Positions 8,874 through 22,967 of a stretch of 64,000 bases of DNA are shown one piece after another. Each line of letters opens with the position of its first letter. The stretch's first letter is position 1. Under the pieces are notes generated by a model. It saw only the letters and a list, made by a program, of their open reading frames with translations, ran no database searches and was not told where the DNA came from. A program made the position numbers and the translations under genes. Source of the DNA: Bacteroidaceae bacterium (GTDB taxonomy: Bacteria; Bacillota_I; Bacilli_A; RFN20; CAG-826); the NCBI GenBank assembly GCA_963657885.1, contig CAVKNZ010000001.1:55203-119202 (forward strand). The letters run 5' to 3'.

Positions 8874-9447
8874 TAGTTCAAATAAGTATTTGACAGTTGC
8901 TTTAGCAAAAAATGGTATTCTTTTCGACAAAACCTATTATGAGGCTTGGCAAAGACAAAGCGAGGTCATGGTTAGCGAAATCGATGCTATTTTAAAACGC
9001 AATAATTTAGTGAAAGAAGATCTCTCCGCCATAGTTGTTGGAGTTGGTCCTGGCTCATACACAGGTGTCCGTATTGCAATCACTATCGCTAAAATTATGG
9101 CTTATGCTTTAAAGATTAAATTATACAAAGTTAGTTCTTTATCATTATTAAAAGCTGGTAATTTACCAACAATCTGCTTATTTAACGCAAGAAGTGGTCG
9201 CTCTTATTTTGCAGTTTATGAAGGCGATAAAGCGATAGTCAATGATTGCATTTTAAATAACGACGAAGTTTTAAAATATATTGATGAACATCCATCTTAT
9301 TATCTATCAGGTGACACAAATGTTATTGGAAAAAGCAGCGTTGATTTTGATATTCCGTCTAACTTAGCTTTTTCACTTAAAGAAGAGAATTTAGTTCAAG
9401 ATATCTTTTCGCTTAACCCAATTTATTTAAAGGATCTTTTAAAATGA
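8854..9447 (+). CDS. tsaB: t6A biosynthesis protein TsaB (YeaZ, inactive Kae1 paralogue)
   Basis: 197 aa. LLLDSSNKYLTVALAKNG ... VGVGPGSYTGVRIAITIAK is typical of YeaZ. Overlaps tsaE by 20 nt. Confidence 0.85.
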   Translation: MYQLLLDSSNKYLTVALAKNGILFDKTYYEAWQRQSEVMVSEIDAILKRNNLVKEDLSAIVVGVGPGSYTGVRIAITIAKIMAYALKIKLYKVSSLSLLKAGNLPTICLFNARSGRSYFAVYEGDKAIVNDCILNNDEVLKYIDEHPSYYLSGDTNVIGKSSVDFDIPSNLAFSLKEENLVQDIFSLNPIYLKDLLK

Positions 9448-9890
9448 TTGAAATTCGAAAAGCTACTTTAAATGATTTGGACGCTATTTATGAGATTGAA
9501 CAATCTTCATTTGTCAATCCATGGAAAAAATCCGATATTGAATATGAATTAACTACTAATCCAGTTAACGTTTTTCTTGTTGCTGTTGATGATAACGCTG
9601 TTGTTGGCTATTTGGATTTTTTGATTACTTTTAATAGTGCTTCAATTGTGCAAATTGCTACAAAAAGTACTGTACGTAATAGACATATCGCGACATCTTT
9701 ATTAAATGAGATGCTTAAAATCTTGCCTTCTGAAGGTGATGAAAAAGTGGAATTTGTCACTTTGGAAGTTCGTCAATCAAACGCTATTGCGATTGAAATG
9801 TATAAAAAATTTGGTTTTGAATTTATCACCATTAAAAAGAATTATTACGCTAACGGTGAAGATGCTTTGTACATGGTTAAAAGGATATAA
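9444..9890 (+). CDS. rimI: Ribosomal-protein-alanine N-acetyltransferase (GNAT)
   Basis: 148 aa GNAT fold (LEVRQSNAIAIEMYKKFGFEF) in the conserved position between tsaB and tsaD. Confidence 0.75.
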   Translation: MIEIRKATLNDLDAIYEIEQSSFVNPWKKSDIEYELTTNPVNVFLVAVDDNAVVGYLDFLITFNSASIVQIATKSTVRNRHIATSLLNEMLKILPSEGDEKVEFVTLEVRQSNAIAIEMYKKFGFEFITIKKNYYANGEDALYMVKRI

Positions 9891-9892
9891 AT

Positions 9893-10903
9893 ATGGCTAC
9901 GATATTAGGAATAGAATCTAGTTGTGATGAAACCGCAATTGCCATCTATCGAAATGGTGAATTACTTTCAAATGTAGTTGCGACTCAAATCAAGATGCAT
10001 CAAAAGTTTGGCGGAGTCATGCCCGAACTTGCTTCAAGACTTCATGCTGAGAATATTCTTTATGTTCTTGATGAAGCTTTAACTAAAGCTAATGTAACTT
10101 TAGATGAAATCGATGCAATTGCTTTTACGCGTGGTCCTGGACTTGTTGGAGCTTTACATATTGGAATGCAAGCCGCGAAGACTTTAGCTATGCTATACAA
10201 TAAACCTCTTATTCCAGTTCACCATTTAGCCGCTCATATTTATGCAAACGAATTTGTTAAGCCTTTAACATTTCCTCTTTTATCGATTGTTGTAAGCGGC
10301 GGTAATACTGAATTTGTTTACATGAAAGAGCCTTTAAGTTTTGAAATTATTGGCGAAACCAAAGACGATGCAATTGGAGAATGTTTCGATAAAGTCGCAA
10401 GAACTTTAGGGCTTCCTTATCCTGGAGGAATTCCAATTGATAAATTATCAAAAGAAGGTAAACATACTTATAAATTGCCTTTCCCGCTTCACGATGACTC
10501 ACTTAATTTTTCTTATTCTGGACTAAAAACTGCTGTCATTAATTTAGTTAATAATGAAAAGCAAAAAGGACACGAAATAAATGTTCCGGATATGTGCAAG
10601 TCATTCCAAGATGTTGCTATTTCGATGATTATGGATCGACTCGATAAAGCGCTTAGTAGATATGATATAAAACAAGTTGTTCTCGCTGGTGGAGTTTCTG
10701 CAAATTCATATTTAAGAGAAAAAATGCATGAACGCCTTGATAATAGCGGTGTTGACTTAATTGTTCCACCTATTTGGTGCACGACTGATAACGCAGCGAT
10801 GATTGTTCGCCTCGCTTCACATTTATATGAGAAAAAATTATTCGCTAAACTCGATATTTCTTGCGATCCAAATTGGCGAATAGATGAATACGATAAATTC
10901 TAA
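9893..10903 (+). CDS. tsaD: tRNA N6-adenosine threonylcarbamoyltransferase TsaD (Kae1/YgjD)
   Basis: 336 aa. MATILGIESSCDETAIAIY ... metal-binding HH motif (PVHHLAAH) ... GGVSAN. Canonical. Confidence 0.95.
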   Translation: MATILGIESSCDETAIAIYRNGELLSNVVATQIKMHQKFGGVMPELASRLHAENILYVLDEALTKANVTLDEIDAIAFTRGPGLVGALHIGMQAAKTLAMLYNKPLIPVHHLAAHIYANEFVKPLTFPLLSIVVSGGNTEFVYMKEPLSFEIIGETKDDAIGECFDKVARTLGLPYPGGIPIDKLSKEGKHTYKLPFPLHDDSLNFSYSGLKTAVINLVNNEKQKGHEINVPDMCKSFQDVAISMIMDRLDKALSRYDIKQVVLAGGVSANSYLREKMHERLDNSGVDLIVPPIWCTTDNAAMIVRLASHLYEKKLFAKLDISCDPNWRIDEYDKF

Positions 10904-10983
10904 TTTTCATTATTTTTGTATAACCGCTTTCATTAAGTAGCCATTTTTAATGAAACTTTCTATTGCGATAATGAAAGCGAAAA

Positions 10984-12723
10984 ATGTTCTCAATAAATCA
11001 AGTAGCATTCTATACTCTAACTCTTGCTGGATTAGGACTATTTCTTTTTGGAATTTCATCTTTGTCATCGACTTTAAAAGTGATGGCTTCTTCTAAATTA
11101 GCGAAACTTATCAACAAGTTTTCTAGTAATCCAATATTTGGTTTACTATTAGGAACTGGCTTTACAGCCATTATTCAATCATCAAGTGGCACGAGTGCAT
11201 TAGCAATTGGACTTGTTCGAGCGGGCGTGATGAATTTTACTCAAGCCAGCGCGATTATCATTGGGGCTAATATCGGAACAACTATAACTTCTTTTATTGT
11301 TTCAATACCTTTTATTGAATATTTTCCTCTAGTCCTTTTTGTGGGCTCAATTATTCTTCTATTTGCTACGAAGAAAAAATGGTCAAATATTGGAAACCTT
11401 TGTTTTGCTTTCGGTGCTTTATTTTTAGGACTTTGGCTCATGGAAATAAATCTATCTTCGATTGCTGATGAGCCATTCTTTATTGCCTTTTTTACAACAT
11501 TGAATGATTCTCCTTGGTTAGGACTACTTATTGGCACAATAGCCACGATTTGCCTACAATCTTCAAGCGCAGTTATTGGTGTTGTGCAAGGATTATTCGC
11601 TTTAAGTGCCGGCTCTTCTATTTCCCTTTTTGGCATACTTCCTGTCATTTTCGGGGCTAATATCGGAACAACTTCAACAGCCTTATTTGCATCAATTGGA
11701 GGCAGTAAAGAAAGCAAGAAAGTCGCTTTGTTCCATGTCCTATTTAACGTTACTGGGGCTCTTTTATTTATGGGCGTTATCTACATCTTTAAAGGTTATT
11801 TATCTGATCCAACTAACTTTGGAACTTTGAATACTGATGGCACGATGAATTGGTATGTTTCACCGATGTTTCAAATTGCTGTTTGCCATTTAATTTTTAA
11901 CTTTGTGACCGGAGCTATTTTCTTTGCTTTACTTAAACCTATTACAAATCTAATTAATAAGATAATTCCAACCAGCAAAACTAATAAAGTGCTTAAGCCT
12001 ATTAAGCCTTTAGATTGTAAGCTTATGAAAGACTTTCCTAGCGAAGGTTTAGCAATTGCTAAAGATAGAACACTATCGATGTTTTCTTACGATTTAATTA
12101 TGTTTGAAACTATCAAAGAATATCTATTTGCATTTAAAGATGAGGATGCTGATTTTGCTTTGAATATTGAAACAAACATCGATTTGATTGATAGACAGCT
12201 TAATGAATATCTTTCAGTCTGCGACAAAAGCAATCTAAACGAAGAAGAAATCTCAACTCTATTAAGCATCTTAAAAGCTAGCAAAGATATAGAACGTATA
12301 GGCGATTACGGTGAAAACATTATAAATTTCTATATCAATTTAAAAGAGAAAAAAGATTATCTTGATGCGAAAGAAAAAGAATTTTTTGTTTCGCTTACTG
12401 ATGAAGTGATTAATTTAATTTCTAAAACAATTAATGTCTATGAAAATAGTAGCAAAGAAAAAGGCATTGAAATCATCAAAGAAAGAAGACAATTTGTCGA
12501 TAAAATTAACAAAATAATTGATGAGCATCTACTCGATGAAAGCAAAGTGGAAAATAAGATAAGCACCCGCTTTTTAGAGCTCATCTTTGTCGATGTTTTA
12601 AATTGCTATGAACGTGTGGCCTCGCATTGTAGCAACATTTGTAAAATCTTTGGTACCGATAAGGTTTATTCGATTTCTAAAGAAGATGAAATTCTTTTCG
12701 CGGAAACCGCGAATAGAAGCTAA
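10984..12723 (+). CDS. Na+/phosphate cotransporter family protein (NptA/YjbB-like) with a C-terminal PhoU-like cytoplasmic domain
   Basis: 579 aa. Duplicated Na/Pi transporter repeats (QSSSGTSALAIGLVRAG; LQSSSAVIGVVQGL). Hydrophilic C-terminal domain of about 230 aa rich in E/K, as in YjbB. Confidence 0.85.
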   Translation: MFSINQVAFYTLTLAGLGLFLFGISSLSSTLKVMASSKLAKLINKFSSNPIFGLLLGTGFTAIIQSSSGTSALAIGLVRAGVMNFTQASAIIIGANIGTTITSFIVSIPFIEYFPLVLFVGSIILLFATKKKWSNIGNLCFAFGALFLGLWLMEINLSSIADEPFFIAFFTTLNDSPWLGLLIGTIATICLQSSSAVIGVVQGLFALSAGSSISLFGILPVIFGANIGTTSTALFASIGGSKESKKVALFHVLFNVTGALLFMGVIYIFKGYLSDPTNFGTLNTDGTMNWYVSPMFQIAVCHLIFNFVTGAIFFALLKPITNLINKIIPTSKTNKVLKPIKPLDCKLMKDFPSEGLAIAKDRTLSMFSYDLIMFETIKEYLFAFKDEDADFALNIETNIDLIDRQLNEYLSVCDKSNLNEEEISTLLSILKASKDIERIGDYGENIINFYINLKEKKDYLDAKEKEFFVSLTDEVINLISKTINVYENSSKEKGIEIIKERRQFVDKINKIIDEHLLDESKVENKISTRFLELIFVDVLNCYERVASHCSNICKIFGTDKVYSISKEDEILFAETANRS

Positions 12724-12828
12724 GCGTTTAGAAATTAATTTCTAAGTCGAGAAACACTATTTCAATCTTTTTTAATATCTTTTTGTAAAAAGATTTAAGA
12801 TAATAGTTATGTTCATAAGGAGTTAGTT

Positions 12829-14229
12829 ATGGAAGAGAAGACTACTGGCGTCACTGTTAGCGATTTATATTTATTAATTAGAAACCCTGATGACGAGGAG
12901 ATGAAAAGCATCCTTGCATCATTGGATGAAGTTTTTATTCAAGGTTGGATTAGAACTAACCGCGATAATGGATCTATTGGTTTTATCGCTTTAAACGATG
13001 GGACATGTTTTAAAAACATTCAGCTTGTTTATGATGAAAATACGACTAATTATAAAGAATTAGCCCATCAAAATACCGGAGCGGCTATTTCAGCTGTTGG
13101 AAAATTTGTTTTAACTCCAGAAGCGAAACAACCTTTTGAAATTAGAGTTAAAGAATTCGAAGTTGAGGGAAGCGTTGCAAGCGATTATCCTTTGCAAAAG
13201 AAGGCCCATTCTTTGGAATTCTTACGTGATATTGCTCATCTTAGACCTAGAGCAAACACTTTTAATGCTGTCTTTAGAATGCGTAACGCGATGGCGATGG
13301 CAATTCATGAATTCTTCCAAGAAAGAGGATTTCTCTACATTCATACGCCTATCATCACCGGAAATGACGCCGAAGGCGCCGGATCAACATTTTCTGTTGT
13401 GACAGATGATAAAGAACCATTCTTTTCTAAACCTGTTTCTTTAACCGTTTCTGGTCAACTTCACGTTGAAGCCTTTGCTTTAGCATTTAGAGACGTGTAT
13501 ACATTTGGTCCAACATTCCGCGCGGAGCATTCAAACACAACTAGACATGCCTCCGAATTCTGGATGATTGAACCAGAAATTGCTTTCGCAGATTTAAATG
13601 ATGATATGGAACTTATCGAAGATTGTTTAAAACATTGCATTGATGTAGCTCTTCATGAATGTCCTGATGAAATCGAATTTTTCAACAATTTCTTCGATAA
13701 AACCTTAAGTGAAAGACTTCATCATGTCCTTCATAGCGAATTTAAACGCATCAGTTATACTCAAGCTATTGAAGAACTTAAAAAAGCTGTTAAAAACGGT
13801 CATAAATTTGTTAACAATAACATCGAATGGGGCATGGACTTACAAAGCGAACATGAACGTTACATCACTGAAACGGTCTTTAATTCACCAGTTTTCGTAA
13901 CTGATTATCCAAAAGAATTAAAAGCCTTCTATATGCGTTTAAACGACGATAATAAAACTGTCGCCGCCTGCGACTTACTTGTCCCTTATGTTGGCGAACT
14001 TGTTGGAGGTTCTCAAAGAGAAGAACGTTACGACTTATTGAAGCAACGCATGGAAGAATGTCATTGTCTAAAAGGCTTAGAATGGTATCTTGATTTAAGA
14101 AAATATGGCGGTTGTAAGCACGCTGGATTCGGCATTGGCTTTGACAGACTTTTAATGTATGTCACTGGCATTAACAATATCCGCGATGTTCAACCTTATC
14201 CGCGCACGCACGAGCCTATTAAGTATTAA
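12829..14229 (+). CDS. asnS: Asparagine--tRNA ligase (class IIb aaRS)
   Basis: 466 aa. N-terminal OB-fold anticodon-binding domain. Class II motifs [21 protein letters not shown] and [10 protein letters not shown] ... GFGIGFDRL. Confidence 0.95.
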   Translation: MEEKTTGVTVSDLYLLIRNPDDEEMKSILASLDEVFIQGWIRTNRDNGSIGFIALNDGTCFKNIQLVYDENTTNYKELAHQNTGAAISAVGKFVLTPEAKQPFEIRVKEFEVEGSVASDYPLQKKAHSLEFLRDIAHLRPRANTFNAVFRMRNAMAMAIHEFFQERGFLYIHTPIITGNDAEGAGSTFSVVTDDKEPFFSKPVSLTVSGQLHVEAFALAFRDVYTFGPTFRAEHSNTTRHASEFWMIEPEIAFADLNDDMELIEDCLKHCIDVALHECPDEIEFFNNFFDKTLSERLHHVLHSEFKRISYTQAIEELKKAVKNGHKFVNNNIEWGMDLQSEHERYITETVFNSPVFVTDYPKELKAFYMRLNDDNKTVAACDLLVPYVGELVGGSQREERYDLLKQRMEECHCLKGLEWYLDLRKYGGCKHAGFGIGFDRLLMYVTGINNIRDVQPYPRTHEPIKY

Positions 14230-14235
14230 TTAAAT

Positions 14236-14373
14236 ATGACCGAAGAAGAAAAATATCAATTCCAATTAGAAAAAGAGCAACGTTCAAGAAACCGCATATT
14301 TGGACTTCTTGTTGTCATTGCTTTAATTTTAGTTGCTATATTAATCTACGAAGTTATTGTTTTTGTTAAATAA
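14236..14373 (+). CDS. Possible small single-pass membrane protein (45 aa), absent from the ORF track because it is shorter than the track's minimum ORF length
   Basis: ATG at 14236. Translation MTEEEKYQFQLEKEQRSRNRIFGLLVVIALILVAILIYEVIVFVK: amphipathic N-terminus plus one hydrophobic helix. Fills the asnS-to-next-gene gap exactly. No strong SD. Confidence 0.25.
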   Translation: MTEEEKYQFQLEKEQRSRNRIFGLLVVIALILVAILIYEVIVFVK

Positions 14374-15024
14374 TTATTCCGGATTTATTGGGGCTCTTGC
14401 CACGGTGTCCGGATCGAAGTTTTCTAGCGATTTATTAAAGACTGTCTTTGATAATTTTATTAAGCGATAGAATCTAGCGATATAAGCTTGGACATCATAT
14501 AAAAACCAAATTCCTCCAGCAAGCATCCCAAAGAAGAAAATGTATGATGGAATTGCTTCATTTGACCAATGAGGTGAAGAAATAACTTCTGGCCAATCAG
14601 ATATTAACTCCATTCCAAAGAAATTGCTTCTTGGGGCGTTATCCCAGTCAAAGATGTGGAAAAGTGTACCAACGCCTTCACTTTTATAGTCAAGAATGCT
14701 AATTGCCCAATTGTTTCTTATTAGACAAGTGAATAACAACACAAGAGAGGAAGTTAGCATTATTAAAAAAGGAATCCAACTATCTTTGAATAGTTGACGA
14801 TGATTTTTCTTGATTCCAAATTTTACTAATTTTTTAGAGTCTAAAATGACACCCGTCACAACTACATCGTGAACCATATCTTCCATCTTATCGCCTTGAA
14901 TTTTCATGATCTTTTTAACCAATAAAGAAAGATAACCAACGATGATGAAAACTAAGATAAACACTAAAAGTAAGACGATGATAAGTCGTTTATCGTTTTC
15001 ACTCAATTTGATTAGATTTATCAT
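14374..15024 (-). CDS. Hypothetical membrane protein (216 aa; N-terminal TM, W-rich C-terminal domain)
   Basis: ORF with overlapping start/stop to the two upstream minus-strand genes; a three-gene operon. No recognisable domain. Confidence 0.4.
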   Translation of the reverse strand: MINLIKLSENDKRLIIVLLLVFILVFIIVGYLSLLVKKIMKIQGDKMEDMVHDVVVTGVILDSKKLVKFGIKKNHRQLFKDSWIPFLIMLTSSLVLLFTCLIRNNWAISILDYKSEGVGTLFHIFDWDNAPRSNFFGMELISDWPEVISSPHWSNEAIPSYIFFFGMLAGGIWFLYDVQAYIARFYRLIKLSKTVFNKSLENFDPDTVARAPINPE

Positions 15025-15443
15025 TGATTTTCATCCTTTTCTTCGATTAAATCAGTATTTTGTTCAATTGCGTTTTCAATAGGTTTCACATCGATTGATG
15101 GTGGAACAGCACTTTGATTTAAGCCCATCGGATTTACATTTCCATCTTTAGCAACATAATTAATTTGCGGATTATTGATGACGATATTGTTTCCTTGAGG
15201 TTGTGTTTGTGGTGGTGTCGCAGAATCCGCTAATCGTTTGGCGATTATTTCTTTAGCTTTTACATCTTCTGGCAAGTCGCCAAATGGTCTTCCACCAGAG
15301 AAATAAACAATGATAGAACGTATCGCCGTGTAGATAAAAACAATTAGGCAATATACAAAAAATAGAGCAAAAAGAGCTGCGATAAAAGGCAATAAAATTG
15401 TTATTAACATTCCTAAGAAAAATGTTTTAAAGAAACTTGCCAT
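15021..15443 (-). CDS. Hypothetical membrane protein (140 aa; two TM helices, P/Q/N-rich acidic C-terminal tail)
   Basis: ORF 4-nt overlapped with the downstream gene. Hydrophobic N-terminal half (FFLGMLITILLPFIAALFALFFVYCLIVFIY). Confidence 0.4.
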   Translation of the reverse strand: MASFFKTFFLGMLITILLPFIAALFALFFVYCLIVFIYTAIRSIIVYFSGGRPFGDLPEDVKAKEIIAKRLADSATPPQTQPQGNNIVINNPQINYVAKDGNVNPMGLNQSAVPPSIDVKPIENAIEQNTDLIEEKDENQ

Positions 15444-15447
15444 ATTT

Positions 15448-16353
15448 TTATTTTATATTTTTATCCCTTCTTTTCAAGAAGAGGAAAATTATATCGATGA
15501 TGCCGATTAATATAGGCACAATATTCAATAAAAGCAAGTTATCCTTCATCGCATCTTTTTGATTGAAAATGGCATAGAAAATAATACCGATAACTAGTGA
15601 GATTGTTATAGCAACAATTTCCCAAATTCTTTTCTCTGCAATGGCTTCGCCTACGATGAAGGTCACGAAATAGAGTTCAATAAGAAAAAACAAATACGCT
15701 AATTCAAGTGAAAAAAGAGAACTTGTCAGTGAAAAAACTGCTGAAACAATTAAAGATGAAGAAGTAACAATATCGAAATTATCATTTTCTACTTCTTCAA
15801 TTTTTAGTTTTGTTAATTCGCTAGAAATAATTAAATAGCTTAAAGACATCTCGATTAATGAAATGACAAAAATAAATGAAGGAACGATGATGTCAATGTT
15901 TGCTGAATTGTCTAACTTAAAGAAAACTTTAAAGGTGTTTACTATATCGACATCAAATAAGAAGTTGATTAAAGGAATTTCCACAATCGTTATGCTCATT
16001 TGAACTAGCGATGTAAAAAGAATCGAATAAATAGGCGGAATATTTTTCTTACTTAATAGTCCGAATAGATAGCCGGTTAATAAACTAGGCAATAAATAAA
16101 AAAGAGTAGTTTCAATATTCCATAAAGTAGCGACTAAAGCTAAACCAAGTGAGGCAAAAGCGTATATTGGATAATAACGATCTTTACAATATATTTCGAC
16201 AAGTGCGCTTAATAAGGGCAAAACTAAAATTAGAAAGATGGAAGCGACGCTAAAAAAGGCACTTGCAACGCAAATAATGATGTTTATCGCGGCAATTAAA
16301 GCCATTAAAGCTATATTTTCCGTGAGAGTCTCTCTCTTTGTGAATATTTTCAT
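15448..16353 (-). CDS. Hypothetical polytopic membrane protein (301 aa, about 8 TM)
   Basis: First gene of the minus-strand three-gene operon 16353-14374. Entirely hydrophobic. No motif recognised. Confidence 0.4.
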   Translation of the reverse strand: MKIFTKRETLTENIALMALIAAINIIICVASAFFSVASIFLILVLPLLSALVEIYCKDRYYPIYAFASLGLALVATLWNIETTLFYLLPSLLTGYLFGLLSKKNIPPIYSILFTSLVQMSITIVEIPLINFLFDVDIVNTFKVFFKLDNSANIDIIVPSFIFVISLIEMSLSYLIISSELTKLKIEEVENDNFDIVTSSSLIVSAVFSLTSSLFSLELAYLFFLIELYFVTFIVGEAIAEKRIWEIVAITISLVIGIIFYAIFNQKDAMKDNLLLLNIVPILIGIIDIIFLFLKRRDKNIK

Positions 16354-16437
16354 GAATTTATAATATCATGAAAAATAATCCACATAGTCCCAAGATTGCT
16401 CCCTCTTTCTTGAAAAGATTTTTAAAGAATATAAATT

Positions 16438-16893
16438 GTGCTTATGAAAAAGATTTTAGCATTAACTTCTTTATCCTTTCTTCTAAGCGGTTGTAGCTTC
16501 TTTTCTAAAGACAATTCATCGGTAAATAATAGCGGCATTTCTAACGAGGTTCAGCACAATTATAATGAGATAAAAAATAAAAAATTAGCCTGGAATTACC
16601 TCTTTTTTGATAGCGATACGCCATATTATGTCTATTGTTATTCTTTGACTTGTTCGCATTGTAACAAAATCAAAAATCGAGTTATTGAGCATGCATTAAA
16701 GAATCATAATTTCTACTTTTATGAAGATAGTAATTCAACATGTTTTTCTGATGAAATAGATAAAACTATAGGCATTAACGATGTCAAATATTTAGTTATC
16801 AAAGGCTTTCCTTCTTTATTAAAAATAGAAGAAAAAACGCTTCAAAAAAATCTCTGCGGTGAAGATAAAATTTTAAATGAACTTAATCTTTAA
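16438..16893 (+). CDS. Lipoprotein with a thioredoxin-like CxxC motif (putative surface thiol-disulfide oxidoreductase)
   Basis: 151 aa. Signal peptide with lipobox LLSGC at the N-terminus. YYVYCYSLTCSHCNKIK resembles the thioredoxin first strand plus a CxxC active site. Confidence 0.5.
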   Translation: MLMKKILALTSLSFLLSGCSFFSKDNSSVNNSGISNEVQHNYNEIKNKKLAWNYLFFDSDTPYYVYCYSLTCSHCNKIKNRVIEHALKNHNFYFYEDSNSTCFSDEIDKTIGINDVKYLVIKGFPSLLKIEEKTLQKNLCGEDKILNELNL

Positions 16894-16944
16894 AATCTTC
16901 TTTATGTTGTGCTAGACTATTACAAAGTAATAAAGCACACAATT

Positions 16945-21185
<4,241 letters not shown>

Positions 21186-21208
21186 TTATGTTATTATGAG
21201 GACTGCTT

Positions 21209-21505
21209 ATGAAAGAATATAACAAAGAAGTCTTAAAAGATGCGGCTCATCGCCTCTTATTTGATATGTCAGAAGAAGAATATGACACTCTTTTAGATGA
21301 ATTTAGCATCATCATTAAACAAATGAATGTTATTGGCGAACATCCTGAAATTGATAATTATGAACCAATGACTTTTCCTTTTGAATGTACGACTTCATAT
21401 TTAAGAGAAGATGTAGCTTCCACACCTTTAAGCAAAACAGAAGCTTTAAGAAACGCGAACAATAAAGTTGGCGGGCAAATTAAATTGCCGAAGGTTGTCC
21501 AATGA
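21209..21505 (+). CDS. gatC: Asp/Glu-tRNA amidotransferase subunit C
   Basis: 98 aa immediately upstream of and overlapping gatA. Position and size match gatC of a gatCAB operon. Confidence 0.85.
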   Translation: MKEYNKEVLKDAAHRLLFDMSEEEYDTLLDEFSIIIKQMNVIGEHPEIDNYEPMTFPFECTTSYLREDVASTPLSKTEALRNANNKVGGQIKLPKVVQ

Positions 21506-22956
21506 TAAAAGATTATAAAAATTTATCGATAGTCGATCTTCATAATCTTTATGTTGAAAAGAAAATCACACCTTTAGAAGTTGTTGAAGAAGTTATCGCT
21601 TTATTAAAAAAAGACAACAATAACGCGATTGAATATCTAATGGAAAAAGAAGCTCTTGATATGGCTAAAAATATCGGAGAAGTTGAAACGGATAACCTCT
21701 TATGGGGAATTCCTTTCGCGGTTAAAGACAATATTTCAATTAAAGATGTTCCTTGCACAGGCAGTAGCAACATTTTAAATGGCTATATTCCTGTTTATAG
21801 TGCGACAGTTATCAATAAATTAGTTGCTAAAAAAGCCATTCCAGTTGTTAAGACCGCTTTAGATGAATTAGCGATGGGCGGAACTGGAACTTCTGGTCAT
21901 TTAGGAACAACATTTAATCCTTATGATAAAAGTCACACTCATCTAATCGGCGGTTCATCTTCAGGAAGCGCTGCTTTAACTTCTGCTGGCATCGTTCCTT
22001 TTGCCTTAGGAAGCGATACTGGTGACTCAGTTAGAAAACCAGCGAGCTATGCTGGACTTGTTGGCTTTAAACCTACTTGGTCGAGAATTTCTCGTTACGG
22101 CTTATTCCCATTTGCCCCTTCTTTAGACACGATTGGCTATTTTACTCGTTCAGTAAGTGATGCTGCATTATTATTAGATGTTCTTGCCGGACGCGATGAA
22201 CAAGATTCAACTTCATCAAATAAAGCTATGGAAGAATGCTATAAATCTATCGATGAAGGCGTTAAAAACATGAATGTTATCATCATCAAAGAAATTGTTG
22301 ATGCTATTGATGATAAAGATATCATTGCTTCATTTAATGAAGTTATTAACAAATTAGAAAAAGATGGCATCAATGTCACTTATAAACATTTAGACGAAGA
22401 TCTATTACGTTCCTTATTTCCAACTTATTTTGTCATCTCCTGCGCGGAGGCCACAAGTAACAACGCCAATTTAGATGGTATCAAGTTTGGCCCGTATTAT
22501 GATGGTAAAACTTATGAAGATGTGATGATGAAAGCTAGAACAAAAGGTTTTAGCGAACTCATCAAAAGAAGATTTATCTTCGGTTCCTTTGCCTTAATGA
22601 GAGAAAATCAACAAGATTTGTTCTTAAGAGCTCAAAGAAATAGACGAAGAATCGTCGATTCAATTAACAATTTATTAACTGATAACGATTTTATTCTTCT
22701 TCCAGCTTCGCCAACAGTTGCTCCAACATTTGAAAGTAAGACTGATAGATTGTCTGAACAATATTTAGTCGCAGATAATCATTTAGTTATCGCTAATTTT
22801 GCTGGTCTACCTTCTATTACTTTGCCAATGGGACTTAAAGATAAATTACCTTATGGAATTTCTATCACTGGCAAAGCATTTGAAGATAGTAAAGTTCTTC
22901 GCTTTGCGAAAGTGGTTGAAGATATTACTTCCTTAAAAGGATTGCATGCAGATTGA
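21502..22956 (+). CDS. gatA: Asp/Glu-tRNA amidotransferase subunit A (amidase signature family)
   Basis: 484 aa. Amidase signature GGSSSGSAALTSAGIVPFALGSDTGDSVRKPA. Confidence 0.95.
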   Translation: MIKDYKNLSIVDLHNLYVEKKITPLEVVEEVIALLKKDNNNAIEYLMEKEALDMAKNIGEVETDNLLWGIPFAVKDNISIKDVPCTGSSNILNGYIPVYSATVINKLVAKKAIPVVKTALDELAMGGTGTSGHLGTTFNPYDKSHTHLIGGSSSGSAALTSAGIVPFALGSDTGDSVRKPASYAGLVGFKPTWSRISRYGLFPFAPSLDTIGYFTRSVSDAALLLDVLAGRDEQDSTSSNKAMEECYKSIDEGVKNMNVIIIKEIVDAIDDKDIIASFNEVINKLEKDGINVTYKHLDEDLLRSLFPTYFVISCAEATSNNANLDGIKFGPYYDGKTYEDVMMKARTKGFSELIKRRFIFGSFALMRENQQDLFLRAQRNRRRIVDSINNLLTDNDFILLPASPTVAPTFESKTDRLSEQYLVADNHLVIANFAGLPSITLPMGLKDKLPYGISITGKAFEDSKVLRFAKVVEDITSLKGLHAD

Positions 22957-22967
22957 GGTGTAGCGTT

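Noticed and set aside
12724-12828. T-box leader upstream of asnS
   Set aside because: No T-box consensus (AATTAGGGTGGNACCGCG) and no specifier/antiterminator structure could be read. There is only an AAGGAG SD and an AT-rich promoter-like sequence.
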